Shown here piece after piece: positions 11,667-24,964 of a stretch of DNA of 64,000 nt. The notes under the pieces were generated by a model. It saw only the letters and a program-made list of their open reading frames with translations. It did no database searches and had not been told where the DNA came from. The stretch comes from Negaprion brevirostris (lineage: Eukaryota): positions 92,359,807 to 92,423,806 of the forward strand of contig JARDVH010000193.1 in NCBI GenBank assembly GCA_030324005.1. Direction: 5' to 3'. The first letter of the stretch is position 1; every line of letters begins with the position of its first letter. The translations under genes were made by a program, and so were the position numbers.

Positions 11667-12381
11667 AATTTATTGGAATTCTTTGAGGACAACGAGAGTG
11701 GTGGACAACAGGAAACCGGTGGATGTGGTGTATTTGGATTTCAGAAGGCATTCGACAAGGTGCCACACAAAAGGCTGCTGCATAAGATAAAGGTGCATGC
11801 CATTATGGGTAATTATTAGCACGGATAGAAGATTGGTTAAGTACCAGAAAGCAAAGAGTGGGGATAAATGGGTGTTTTTCTAGTTGGCATCATTGGTGTG
11901 CCTCAGGGATCAGTTTTGGGATTGCAATTGTTTACAATTTACATAGATGATTTGAAGTTGGGGACCAAGTGTAGTGTGTCAAAGTTTGCAGATGACACCA
12001 AGATGAGTGGTAGAGCAAAGTTTGCTGAGGGCACTGAAAGTTTGCAAAGGGATATAAGTAGTCTAAATGAGTGGGCAAGGGTCTGGCAGATGGAGTACAA
12101 TGCTGGTAAATGTGAGGTCGTCCATTTTGGTAGGGATAACAGCAAAATGGTCTATTATTTAAATTGTAAACAATTGCAATATGCTGCTATCCAGAGGGAC
12201 CTGGGTGTCCTTGCACATGAATCACAAAATTTTGGTTTCCAGGTGCAGCAGGTGATTAAGAAGGAAAATAGAATTGTGTCCTTCTTTGCAAAAGGAATGG
12301 AGTTTAAAGAGAGAGGTTATGTTGCAGCTGTATAAGGTGATGGTAAGGCCACACCTGGAGTACTGTGTACAGATTTGGTCT
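11667..12381 (+). mobile_element. CR1 LINE RT fragment, inverted relative to the 10225-11566 copy
   Basis: VDVVYLDF..KAFDKVPHKRL; GVPQGSVLGLQLFTIYIDDL..KFADDTK. Confidence 0.95.
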
Positions 12382-14315
12382 TGTAACAAAACCCGGTTGC
12401 TAAATAGTGGCATGCACAAGGCAGGCCTCAGTTTGCAGTGAGTGCAACAAAGCCTTTCTGCCAAAGTGCTGTGCTGTTCCTAATGCACTGTACACCACTC
12501 TGCTAGGGCAGACTAGTTCCTGCTGTTCAGCACCATGTTGATCTGATCTTCATGGGCAACACTGTGCTGCTGGATCCATAGACTCTTCTGTGCCACCAAG
12601 TCAGTTCAGTGAACTTTTCACTCAGTCCTGTTGAGATCCAGCTTTCCTCCTGTGGTCTTCCCACTGCCTTCCATTGTTCATTTCCTTCATTGACCTCCTC
12701 TGCCGGTCATCAGGAGCCCTCATTTCCACTGCCGCCGTGCCGCGCCCCCCCCCCCCGCCCAATTCTTGCACAGCCCTCTTTCCACATTGCTCCCTTTGTC
12801 GTCATCAGGCCACCCCAGCCTCCCACCTCATCTCGCACTCTACCCCAGTCAAACTGTGGAGCTTTGTTATGATGACTGCATGAGTCCACCCTAGTGGATT
12901 CATGCAGCCACCATAGTTAAGGAGTGCAGAAGTTGCTTTCTCCCTGATGCCACAAAACNNNNNNNNNNNNNNNNNNNNNNNNNNNNNNNNNNNNNNNNNN
13001 NNNNNNNNNNNNNNNNNNNNNNNNNNNNNNNNNNNNNNNNNNNNNNNNNNNNNNNNNNAAAACAGTATCTATCTGGACAGCACTGTGCTGAGAGCAGTGA
13101 TGCATGATGACCAGCAGACGAGGTCACTGAAGGAAATGAACAATGGAAGGCAGTGGGAAGAACATGGGAGGGAAGTTGGATCTCAACAGGACTGAGTGAA
13201 AAGTTCACAAGCAAGGAGATCCTGGTGACTCAGAGGGGAACTCACTTGTGCATCAATATTGAGATTCCAAGTGCAGGTCCCAGTATTCTGGTCAACAAAA
13301 AAGGTGCCACTGCAGCTGCCCACTTCATCTCAAAAACAGAGAATATTGTCCAATATGTTAATACTTGTCACAAGATTAATATATTTTGATCAAGTCATTG
13401 GTGGATTTGAAATTATACAATACTTTTTTGATCTTGTTAAATGTTTTTACAGTAAAGTATTTATTTAGACAACTGCATTGAGGCAGTTGTTTCATAATGC
13501 ATACAAAAATAACAGGTAAAAGCTATCCTCTTTGCTATGTGAAATGCCGTGTAAAATCAAGTGATATACAGATCATAAATGACTAAATGTTAATCTATTC
13601 ATTAGAACCATGAGAATGCTGTCTGTAAATAGTAACTGGTTAAGATTTAAAAATGAAGAATACAACTTCGGAGAGGCAAAACTTTTTTATAGTACCAATT
13701 TTAAAATTTTTTTAATAAGTAGCGACAATAAGTAATAAGTAGCAAGATGTGATATAAATGAGTTTCATAATTGTATGTTTTTGAGAGTTGATTTTAAAAA
13801 TTCTCAGACTGCTATTTGAACATTCCTCATTCATGAATTTCTTTGAGTGAATATCACAATAGCATTACATTTGTTTGACCCAACTTTGATACTACCTTTG
13901 CAAGATATTTCTGTTTTGCTGAACAAAACCCAGATGTTGCTACAGTTTTCAAAGTACAATTGAGGCCTCAAAGCATATGAATGATGAATAATTCACATAA
14001 TCTTAATGCAAAGATTTGTCAAAATTAGACAAGTTTGATAAATTAATGGTCATTGTAGTGCTTTTGTTCTGACAGTTTTACTTCCATGTTCAGAGATTTA
14101 TCTTGGCCTGAGTTGCATTGTAATTAGACATCATAACTGTATTAACTGCCACAGCAACTTGTCATGCAGCCAGCTTTTCAATTTAACAGGACTGAATGTT
14201 TTAAAGTGCAATTGATTTGTGTGTTTGTACTGATGCAGTACAGTAAATTCACTAATGCATTAAAATCTAAATCATAGTTTTCTTCCTGGATTAAGACAGT
14301 AAAATAAACTTTCTT

Positions 14316-14949
14316 GGCAGAATTTTCCGTTCTGTGCACAGAGTGCTAATTGAGCCGTGAAAAACAGTGCACAGTTTGCAGACTGTACAGCCGGGTTTTC
14401 TCACCAAATCAATCGGCACTCTGTGCAGAAAATAATCTGGAAATGTGACCTATGCCATCATGCTGACAGGGTGGGGCTTATAAAAGCTGGCAGCCAGGAA
14501 TCCTGAGATCGAAAGGACCTTTTAAAAAGGATGCCTCAATCTCTGATACAAAACATGGACACGGAGGTGGGGGACCCCATCCCTCATGCATGGGCATGGA
14601 ATTGTGCAACCCCCAAATGATAAGGTGATCCCTGCACTCCAATAGAGCTAATCAGAAAGACCCCCAGCACTATCATAGGGTAGTTCCAGGGCTATGCTAG
14701 GGTACTGCTGATGCATGTCCCTCTCCTAGGTGAACCTTGCCAATGTGACATCATTGAGGGATGAATTCCAAATGAGAAGGGATAATATGATGGGGAAGTC
14801 TGCTAATTATATTAAAAAGGGCTGAAATTATGTCGCTGAACTTTCTGGGCGGGTATCTCGTTACATCACCAGCGAGGTGCAGAGAGAATCGGAAAATGTG
14901 TACTCGCTGGCTTGATTCTCTTTTCCAAGCCTTGTAAGATTTTGCGCCC
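14316..14949. mobile_element. Non-autonomous DNA transposon (Harbinger/MITE-like)
   Basis: Begins GGCAGAATTTTCC and ends GTAAGATTTTGCGCCC (imperfect terminal inverted repeats); higher-GC interior. Confidence 0.45.
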
Positions 14950-15309
14950 AAGTCTCCAATTGTGCTGATGGCAATTGTGGGCAAAAAGTCACGACAAATG
15001 TGTCTAGCTTAACCAATTGTACAAATTCAGGAGTTCAGTTTAAAAGCAAACATGCCATCTATCTCAATTTTCCCACATTATTTATGTGATAGACAAAATT
15101 TTTTTTGGTTTGGTGGCAGCATCCTGTTAGTGACGAATGTCACTCATGTTGCTACTGCATGTGAAACAGCTAGTTTCACCTGTTGCTCAAATTTACCAAA
15201 TCTACCAATCAGAGTCCACTTGCCAATCAATCAGTACTCTCTTCTCATACATTGTACTGTATTCTTGCGAAGGTGCAAGATGAAAAGCTTCAATAAATGA
15301 ATCTCTTAA

Positions 15310-16511
15310 ACAGTGATGATTGAACATTTGGAAAATGATTTATTGGGCAGAATCAACATGGATTTATGAAAAGACAATCATGTTTGACAATTCTGTTATG
15401 ATTTTTGAAGATGTAACTAGAAGGATAGATAAGGGTGAAATGGTGTATTTCGATTTCCTGGAGGCTTTCAATTACGTCTGACATAGGAGGTTTGTAAGCA
15501 AAATTAGAGCACATGGGATTGGGTGGATTGAGAATTGGTTAATGAGCTGAAAACAGTGAACAGGTCATTCAAGCTGTGACTAGCGGCATATTGCAATGGT
15601 GACTGCTGGGGCCATAGCAATTCACAAACTAGATAATGATTGGGTGTAGGACAAAATGTATTATTTTCAAGTTTGCAGATTACACAAAACTAGGTGGAAA
15701 TATGAGTTGTGAGATGAAAAGGGGCTTCAAGAAGATTTAGGCAGGCTAAGTTAGTGGGCAAGAACATTGCGGCTGGGATGAAGTGTGGAAAAATCTGATG
15801 TTATCCATTTTGATAGGAAAAACAAGAATGCCAAATATTCCTAAATGGGAAGAGATTAGGAGGTGTCAATATCCAAAAGGACCTGGGTGCCCTTGTTCAT
15901 AAGTCACTGAAAGCTAGCATGCAGGTAGAGCAGGCATTTAGGAAGGCAAATGCTTTGTTGGCCTTACTGCAACAGGATTTAAGTACAGGAATAAGGAAGT
16001 CTTGCTGCAATTGTACAGTACCTTAGTGAGACCACACCTAAAGTGCTGAATATAGTTTTGGTCCCCTTGCCTAAGGAAGGATATGCTTGCCAGAATGGAA
16101 GTTCATCAGTTGTGAGGGCAAGATTGCCTAATGAGACATTGAGGGGACTAGGCCTGTTTTCTCCTGAATTTAGAAGAATTGACGCACACACAATTCTTAC
16201 ATATCTTGATAGGTGCAAAAAAGATGTTTCCACTGGTTGGGGGCTGTAGAACTAGCGAACACAGCCTCAGAATAAGAGGTGAGTCATTTAGGCCTGAGAT
16301 TAGGAGGAATTTCTTCAGTAAAAGGGTAGTGAATCTTTCTGAGAGGGTCATGGTGGGTCAGTCAATTGATAGATTTCTGGATATTAAAGATATCAAGGGA
16401 TATGGGGATAGTGTGGGAAAATTGTGTTGTAGTAGATCATCAGCCAGGATCTAGTTAAATGGCAGGATAGACTCAAGGACCCAAATGGCTTACTCCTGTT
16501 CCCTGTGTTCC
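15310..16511 (+). mobile_element. CR1 LINE (RT to 3' end), decayed
   Basis: CAACATGGATTTATGAAA (QHGF), AAGTTTGCAGATTACACAAAA (KFAD), RPEIRRNFFSKRVVNL, tail TGGCTTACTCCTGTTCC. Confidence 0.9.
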
Positions 16512-17524
16512 TGGGGAAAAGAATAAGAGTCACTGGTTACGGAACAGCCTTCACAATATTTAATTGGAGGACATCCAACTTGATGTCAGACAAGCAGTTT
16601 TGATAATTGTTATACGAAAGGATCGAGAGGTGATGGTGAGGTCAAAGAGAGGGTGTTTACGTAAAATAGTCGGTCCTTAGAAAACTCCACAGGTAATGGA
16701 GTAAGAAGAGAAGCCACTGATGGTAACTATCCAGATAGGAAACAAAGGAACCAGGTGAGGGCATCCAACAGGATGATGGAAGCTCGCTGTTGGAACATGG
16801 CGATATGGCCATGTCAAAATTTGGAGACTGGTTTTGAAAGATAAGATGGGGTCCCAAGGTGTGAACTTCTAGAAAAACCCATAAGAGTGCTGGAGAAAAC
16901 TAAAAGTTCGCAAAATGTAATGGCAGTGCATTGGTATGATATCAACAGTATATCAAAACAAGCTAGTTTTATTAATCAAAATAGTCTTTAGAGAATTTTG
17001 GTTGGAATGGAGTTGATGGCATTTACTTATTTAGAATTCTCTTTATTCTTCGTACTGTTCAACAACAAAATAATATTATTTTGCTATAGCTTTGTCACTT
17101 GTTTACTTAAAGTCCTATGCGCTTTCACTGAATCTCAATTAGAAAATTAATGGGACTATAAAAGTCCTCCACTATGCAGGTTTGTCGATAGCCTGTACTT
17201 TAAAGCTTGNNNNNNNNNNNNNNNNNNNNNNNNNNNNNNNNNNNNNNNNNNNNNNNNNNNNNNNNNNNNNNNNNNNNNNNNNNNNNNNNNNNNNNNNNNN
17301 NNNNNNNNNTAAAGCTTGAATGCAGGTGGATTTTCAATTTAAAATCTGATCTCATTAGAATAGTGAAGCTGAGGCTCACGATTAGCAATTTCCGTGATAC
17401 TTATGTTAGTTCTGGTTTTATTATTTGGTTTTCGTATTTAGTAATTACTTCTGCTCCTGCTGCTGCTAACTCTTAGTAATGTGGCTGGGATATTGGAATT
17501 CTAACCAGGGATCAATGTTACAAC

Positions 17525-17845
17525 CATAGAAACCTGAACAGTGCAGAAGAGGCCATTCAGCCACCCAGTCTGCATGGACTCTCTGACGGAGTTTCTCATC
17601 CATGTCTTCTCCCCTACCCTATCCCTATAACCTCCCACATTTACCATGGTTAATCCATCTAACCCACACACCTTGAGGCACAAAGCAGCAATTTAGCATG
17701 GCCATTCTACCTAACCTGCACATCTTTGGACAGGAGGAAACCCACGGAGACATGGGGAGCATATGCAAACTCCACACAGTCAACAAGGCTGGAATTGAAC
17801 TGGGGTCCCTGGCACTGAGAGGCAGCAGTGTGCCACCATGTCACC
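17525..17845 (-). mobile_element. HE1-like SINE
   Basis: Tail, V-domain and tRNA-like head as in the other copies. Confidence 0.85.
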
Positions 17846-19553
17846 TTTTATAATCTACTTGTCCTTTTTTTTTACTGTCAGTTAGATTTCATTCTGTTTT
17901 GCTGCATGGCACAGAATTTGGCTAAATTTGAAACAAAATTATATCCATTCCATTTCCCTTTTAAATGAATAGGAAATGAAGCTTCACCCTGTATCTTAAA
18001 ATTTGGAAAGCAGCAGGAATTCCAGCTCGAACCATTAGTATAAGTTTCTCATTGATTTTTATTCTGCCACCAAAGCAAAAACTCTCAAAAGCTATTGCTT
18101 GTCATTAAGTAATGAATGCTTAAAGAAGCTTAATCTATTTCTTGAATATTCCATGCTGTGTGCATTATGAAAATGAGCATGTTCAAACATTACAGTGTGT
18201 TTGTTTCATGAAGTTCTTCAATCTGTAAAATATAAGTAAGCTCGTAAAAGCTTTTCATTTCGAGCTGTGCGTTGTTTTTGGCACTAATGGTTATTGACCT
18301 GGTCCTGTTTTGGTTGAGTATGTTTAAGAACTGGGCTAAGGCTTAAATCTGCTACATTTTGGCAAGAATATTACTACTGAACCTAACTGACTTAGGTTAG
18401 GCATGAATAACCTATCATAGGAGAAAGGATTTAACTGTCCCAAGCATTTTGGGAAGCTTGAATATTAGATGATTTGTAACAGAACATAATTATCCTTGGC
18501 CTCTTTCTTGATTCTATCTTTGCAGTATGCTTGGAATTTTTAAATTGTTCTTAGGATGCCAGCAGTGCCAAAAAGGTTGCACATTACCCATTCCTATTTG
18601 GTCGGAAAAAGATGGTACCACTTTTTACAAACCACCTTGAGCAACTTTTTATAAACATGGGGGATTTGCTAAACCATTTTAGGGAACATTACAAGCCAGT
18701 CTTCCCTAGGTAGTGCTCTGGAGTATAAATCTGGATTATTTGGTAAAGTCTTTAAACCCACACCTTCTTTCCTAGGCAACAATGTTACCAACTTTGGCAC
18801 CATGAGTTGGCACCAAAAAAATTTAAGTTTTATTGAATTCGTTTTCACAATGCATTGTGACAATATTTGATCTCTCATCTCTGGGTTGTCAGTTGGGTAC
18901 GAGGTCCATTACCCTCCCATATCTTTGACGACCAGTGTGTGTGGAAGGGACTTTACTGGGCAAAAAGAAACTCGAGGATGAAAGCCAAATCTTTTGACTT
19001 CAAAGGAAAATTGTCAAAATTAAATGCATCCTGAAAGGAACGTTTTTGGGTTTTGGGATGTTGGAAGCATTCTGTCGTGCTCCTTTGTGAAAATGAAATC
19101 CTTGGGAAAATGGCACTCGAATTGTCATAGATCTCATTGGAATCATTAGTTCCCAATCTACACAGCATCTTTACCTAGCAAATCCATCTGCAGACCTTCG
19201 ACAATACTGATGTCTTCCTCAAATATTCCATTACCACTTTGCCCATTGTCAGCTGATTCCAGTGCTGAGTTATATAATCTCCCTTGAACTACTTAAGCAA
19301 AAACAAATAAATACTGAAGATGGAAAACACTTCCAAAGTACTTCATTGACTATAAAATTGTTGAGGAAGTAAACACATATAATTGTTTCAGACATGCATT
19401 CCTTCCACACAACTGAAGAATTAAATAGACATTTTAATTGAAAATCTTTATTAAACCAGGGACCATAAATAAAAGAAAACAAACACTGAATGTCTACATC
19501 ACAGCAGCTCTTGTGTTTTAATAAACTTACTTGAAATTAATTTTGTTGTAATG

Positions 19554-20376
19554 TGTTATGGTTCAGGTCAGAAACTCAAATGTTTTACGGAGCCCACCTG
19601 GATCATAAGTTTAGCACCTTGAATTTGGCTGGATAAGCATGAAATGCTTCACATCAGGTATGATTCAAATGACCCACTAGGAGCTTTTATCAAACACAGT
19701 TTAATTAAGAATATAGTTAACATGTATGAAAAGAAAATTAGCAATTAGCTTTTATTAATTTCAAACAAAAATGAAACAATCATGATAATGCATAACCCTC
19801 CACAAATACATCTTAAATGTTCCAATCAAACAAAAGCCATGCCATAGACAGAATCCCTCAGGTTCGTCACAGCAAAGTCTAATGCTCACATGATACTGGA
19901 GTTGAGTCATTTTGGTTGGAGAATTGAAAACTGTCTTGTAAGTTCTAGTAGTCCTCTTGATATACCCAGAACTGTTTGAAGTCAGAACAGTTTCCCAGAA
20001 CCCCAGGTGAACTCTGGTAAAGCCACCAATAGCAGATTTGGAATGCTTTCAGTTAACCTGCAGAATTTCCAAAATCAGGGGGAGAGAGAAACATTTCTTT
20101 TCAGCTTGATGCCCCTTCTAAAACTCAAACCTGCAGCTCAAAACCGAAAATGNNNNNNNNNNTTCTCGCCCACTACTCTTAGCTACTCTAAACGCCTCCG
20201 CTTTTAATTTAACACTTTCCTTCACCTCCTTCGTTATCCCCATTTAAACCACTTAAGTAGAAATAAAAGGACTTCTCGGAGACAACTCCATGCCAGTGAC
20301 ATCAGCTAAGGCTGTGAGAACTGCAGAGATCATGACTTTTAATGAAAATCTTTCTTAAAGCTATACTAATGTCATA
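19554..20376. mobile_element. Probable solo LTR
   Basis: Begins TGTTATGG and ends GTCATA (CA decayed to TA); flanks AATG / AATA (4-bp TSD with one mismatch); no coding potential. Confidence 0.5.
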
Positions 20377-21366
20377 AATATAACTTGTGAAACAAATGTT
20401 CAAATTCTAAGATTATATTCTGAACCAATTTTTTTTGTAGGTATGCATAATTCTCATTGAAAATTAATATTTTTTATTAGCACTTTGAACAATTAAAATT
20501 ATTCTCCTGGAAAAAAATGATGTACTCAAGAGTGCAGCTCAGCTGTTTAAACTGCTGGTAAGCTGCCCTGACCTGCAATTTGGACAACTGATCAATAAAC
20601 TGTAAAAGCCCCACAGTATTGCTGACACTGTCTCATATGCATCAAACTTTAACAATACTAAAGGTGACAGATTTTTTTATTTTGAGCTTCTGTATTCTGA
20701 AACTAGAACTCTCACCGTAGCTCTGTTCAGCATTTACCATCACTTAAAACAGTGCTCTCTATAAGAGAGATTGAGAACTGTTTTATTAACTACAACTGAA
20801 GGGTGACCTAATAGGGGTGTTCAGGATTGCAGATGGTTTTGATAGTATAAAAAGTGTATTATTATTATGAGTAATCTGCAAGATAATGGCCTATAATGTA
20901 TTGCAAAAATAATGGTGAGGAAGAGAAAATTTCAAAATATATTAGTAAAATACTTAAGTTAATGATTTACAAAATGCAACTTTGAGAAGTGGAAAATATA
21001 TATTTCTAACTGTGGTACTTCAACATGCAACTTGAAACTATGAACTTTATTAATTAGTTTGTTTTACTTTTGAACAGGAAACTCATTAATAACTGGCTGA
21101 AAGAAGAATTGTCCCAGACAGCTTGAATAATCTATGGAACAGCTTGTTTTTGACTACAGATGCCACTGAATACCTGGTAAATATCCTTCATCCAGAAGAG
21201 TTGCTCAGTACATGTGGATTAGACTGCACAACAAAATTTGCATATAATGCGCACTTCCGAACTATGGTCTTTATTTCATGCATTGTAATTAAGCAATGTT
21301 TTTTAAAATTAATGTTTAACATTAGAAATGGAAATGTACATGCAAGCACTGCTTAAACAATGCTGT

Positions 21367-21591
21367 CATGATGTGGAGATGCCGGTGTTCACTGGGGTAA
21401 ACACAGTAAGAAGTCTGACAACACCAGGTGTTCTAATCAGTACTCTGTAAACTGTCTGCGCTGTTATATGCTCTGTCTGAGGCCAGAACTCTCCATTCGC
21501 GTGACGAAGGGGCAAACCCCGAAAGCTTGCGAGTTTACTGTCAAATAAATCGCTTGGACTTAAACCTGGTGTTGTCAGACTTCTTACTGTG
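21367..21591. mobile_element. 225-bp non-autonomous Penelope-derived insertion with hammerhead motif
   Basis: Perfect 13-bp TSD TAAACAATGCTGT (21354-21366, 21592-21604); perfect 29-bp inverted repeat 21401-21429 / 21564-21592; terminus shared with the 2244 and 58148 copies. Confidence 0.9.
21495..21534 (+). ncRNA. Minimal hammerhead ribozyme motif with a C3G core change
   Basis: AUUCGC-GUGACGA-A-GGGG-caaa-CCCC-GAAA-GC-UU-GCGAGU: 6-bp stem I (one G-U), 4-bp stem II, palindromic stem III. Confidence 0.7.
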
Positions 21592-21613
21592 TAAACAATG
21601 CTGTATATCATAA

Positions 21614-22690
21614 GCACAATATGCAGATGCTGGAAATCTGAAATAAGCACAGAAAATGTTAGAAGCACTCACATTGAATATAATCTCAATGGAAAAAGTA
21701 ATAGTTGATGCTTTGGACCAATGACCTTTCAATAGGACTGGAAGATGTTAGCTGTGTGACAGGTTTTAAATAAGCACAGGCAGGGAAAAGTGGTTGATGG
21801 GACATAGGTTGAAGTGAAAAGGGAAGATCTGTGATCAGCTGGAAGGCAAGAGTGGTTAAATGACAAAAAAGATGATGAAACAAGGAAACGGATAATAGGA
21901 CAACGAAACAAACAAAAGAAAGATCTCAGATCGGAAAATGGCAAAGGCAGAATCATTACCAGCAACCAGAACAACAACTATGATCAGGATTCAGGACTGT
22001 AAAATGCCTCATTAAAAGATGAAGTTCTGATTCCTGACCCTCTGTTGAGCTTTATTGTAACTCTTTAGGAAGCCACAGCCAGAGTAGGAGTTGGCCAGAG
22101 AATTAGTGACAAAAGCTGGAAGCTCAGACATGCCTGTGGACTGAACGATATTATTAAAAGAGATCAAATATTCTACTTTTCACCTTTAGGGGGCCTCTCA
22201 AGTAAGACTGAGAGATGAAAAACTATTTTCTGAGAGATGTGAATCATTGGAACTCTTTGCACCAGTTGTCAAGGCAGAGTTGTTAAATATTTTTAAAGCG
22301 AAGGTAGATTTTTAATTAACAAGGGAATCAAAGGACATCAGGTTAGGCAAAGTGTGGAGTTGAAGTTACGATCAGATAGACAATAATTTTATTGAATGGC
22401 AGAGCAGGCTCGAGAGCCTGAATGGTCTACTCATGCTCCTAGTTCATATGTTCATATATCTCCCCAAAATACAGAATCGCGAGCAATGGGTTTGGTATGC
22501 TAAAATGTAATAAGCACAAGTAAATCACTGTTTCACCTGGATAGACTGTTTGAGACCCTGGATGGTGGAAAGGGAGGAAGTGAAAACGCAGGCATTGCAT
22601 CTCATGCACTCGCACAGGGAGGTGCCATGGGATGAATTGGTGCTTGGTGTGATGGAGGGAACGCTCCCTTCAGACTCCTGAGAAGAGAGG
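21614..22690 (-). mobile_element. Second Penelope-like family copy, interrupted by a CR1 at 22160-22460
   Basis: HGTSLCECMRCNACVFTSSLSTIQGLKQSIQVKQ*FTC (Cys-rich linker before GIY-YIG); terminal TGCAGATGCTGGAAATCTGAAAT..CAGAAAATG related to the 494 hairpin. Confidence 0.75.
22160..22457 (+). mobile_element. CR1 LINE 3' end
   Basis: TTGGAACTCTTTGCACCAG..GAATGGCAGAGCAGGCTCGAG..TGGTCTACTCATGCTCCT. Confidence 0.85.
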
Positions 22691-23160
22691 CCCTTGTAAT
22701 TGTTATTTCTGCCCTGGGAAAAAGCTTCCAACTGTTCACTTTTATCAGGTCACCCCTCAGCCTCTGTCGTTCCGGGGAGAACAATACCAGTTTATTCACT
22801 CTCTTCTCATAACTAACATCCTGTATACCAGGCAACATCCTGTAAACCTTTTCTGCATTCTCTCCAAAGCCTCCAAAGTCCTTCTGGTAATGTAGTGGCC
22901 AGAATTGGACACAGTATTTCAAATGTGGCCCAACCAACATTTTATACAACTGTAACGTAATTTGCCAACTTCTATATTCAGTGGCCTATCTCATGAAGGC
23001 AAGCATGCCATATGCTTTCATCATCACCTTTTCCACCTGTACTGCCACTTTAAAGGTTCTGTGGACCTGTACTCCCAGATCCCTCTGTGTGTCTGTGTTC
23101 AAGATTGATCTGTCATTTACTCACCTGAATTGGATCTACCAAAATGCATTACCTCGTCTT
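22690..23160 (-). mobile_element. CR1 (HER1-like) LINE fragment
   Basis: YKMLVGPHLKYCVQFWPLHYQKD..RLRGDLIKV. Confidence 0.9.
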
Positions 23161-24169
23161 TGTTTCTTTTACTTAACTGCCTTCCCAGGTCATTCTTTTA
23201 CCTGAATGCTCATTTTTTTTTTTTGGGACTTGCTTTCTCACCCCTACGTTGTCTTGACCTGTACTGGTGATTTCCGTGGTATGCTCCTTGCCTCCTTGTT
23301 AACTTGTTCCAAAACTGACTGACTGTTTCTGCTTTCTCAGTGTGGGGCTCTGGTTGTTATGCAATAGCTTAATTTTTAAAATCCTTAAATTGCAAGTCCT
23401 GGCATTCAAGACAATCCTGGCCTCAACTCCACTTTCTTGTCTATTCCCATAGCTCTAGATTCCCTTGGACACCAAAAATTTGTCTAATTCATCTTGAAGG
23501 TATTCAATAACACAGCTTCCACTGTGTCACTGAATACTCCATTACAATGTAGGCAAGGGTTTAAAATGAAACTAAAGCTAAAGACTTGTAGGCACCTTTG
23601 TTTAACATGAAGCTAAACTGAAGTTATTAATCCTGAGCGCACATATAGAAATACAAATTAATTTTAAACTTGTATGTTATTTCTAATACACAATACAAAT
23701 ATAAATTACTTAAACTATCTCTATTTCCCAACAGTGCGACACAACGGAAGGTCAACTAGTAATTTATTAAGCATCTTAAATCTGTGTGTAAATCCTGTAC
23801 ACACTTCTTGTTATAGTTCAAATGGTCACAATTAACATGTATGCTCAAATAATAATAAAAGCATTTTTTATTTTTTATTTCATATATAAGTTGACCACTA
23901 ACATTTAGCCAAAAGAATCCAAACGCATTGCTCTTACCACTCACTTGCCACTGAAGTCAAACTTTAATGGAAATCTACTTGTTGATATAATCATATATAG
24001 CACGCTATTGAAGGTGGCTGTTCAGCTCATTGTGTTTGTGCACATTAACAATTGATAAAAGTGCTGATTTTTCTTGTGCTACTTTTGGGGGTGGAGTTGT
24101 AGAAGCCGTCTCTAACCTGGCAATTCTGCGATAGTGAGGTGATGGAACAGTGAGAAATTCAGCCCCTCA

Positions 24170-24885
24170 AAAATCCATAAAAAAGCAAACCATACACTAG
24201 GCTTATTTTCTAGAGGAATGGAGTCTGAAAAGTGATACAGATTGTTAAGTGAGTGAATAAAAATTTGGCAGATGGCGCATCATGTGGAAAAATGTGAGGT
24301 AGTCCATTTTGGCAGGAAGATTAACAAAGTAGTGTATTTCAGTGGAGAAAGACTACAAAATTCATCAAGCTAAGACCCCGTTGATCCAGTATAGGAGAAT
24401 CTGGGTGTCCCCTTACACAAAACAGAAAACATCAGTATGCAGTAGAGTATGTAATTAGGAAGGCAAATGAATGTTGACCTTTATTGCAAGGAGGCAAGCC
24501 TTGCTGCAAATGTATAGGACATTGGTGAGACTGCACCTAGAGTCTTGTGTACAGTTTTGCTTGTACCTAAAAGAGGAATGTACTTGCATTGGAAGGAGTT
24601 CAGAGAAGGTTCTCGTGGTGAATCCAGAATTAAGGGACACAGTTTCAAAATAAATGGTCTCCCATTTAAAACAGATGAGGATAAAGTTCTTTGAGGCCCA
24701 TTAATCTTTGGAATTCTCTGCCTTAAAGCACAGTGGAAGCTATGTCATTGAATACTTTCAAGGCTGAATTAGACAAATTTTTGGTGTCCAAGGGAGTCTG
24801 GAGCTATGGGAATTGACAAGAAAGTGGAGTTGAGGCCAAGATTGTCTTGAATGCCAGGACTTGTCCACTGCTTCTTATGTTTTTG
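24170..24885 (+). mobile_element. CR1 LINE fragment, decayed
   Basis: TGGCAGATGGCGCATCATGTGGAAAAATGTGAGG (WQM..KCEV), LLQMYRTLVRLHLESCVQF, 3' tail. Confidence 0.85.
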
Positions 24886-24964
24886 ATGGAAAATGCCCCA
24901 CTGCTTTTGTAAAAGCTGGTTTTCTAACTTTAGAAAGATAGCATGAGACTCTGACTTATGTGGT

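Noticed and set aside
18950-19270. Coding-looking segment
   Set aside because: Stops in the frames I read, no recognisable motif or clear splice pair; left unassigned.
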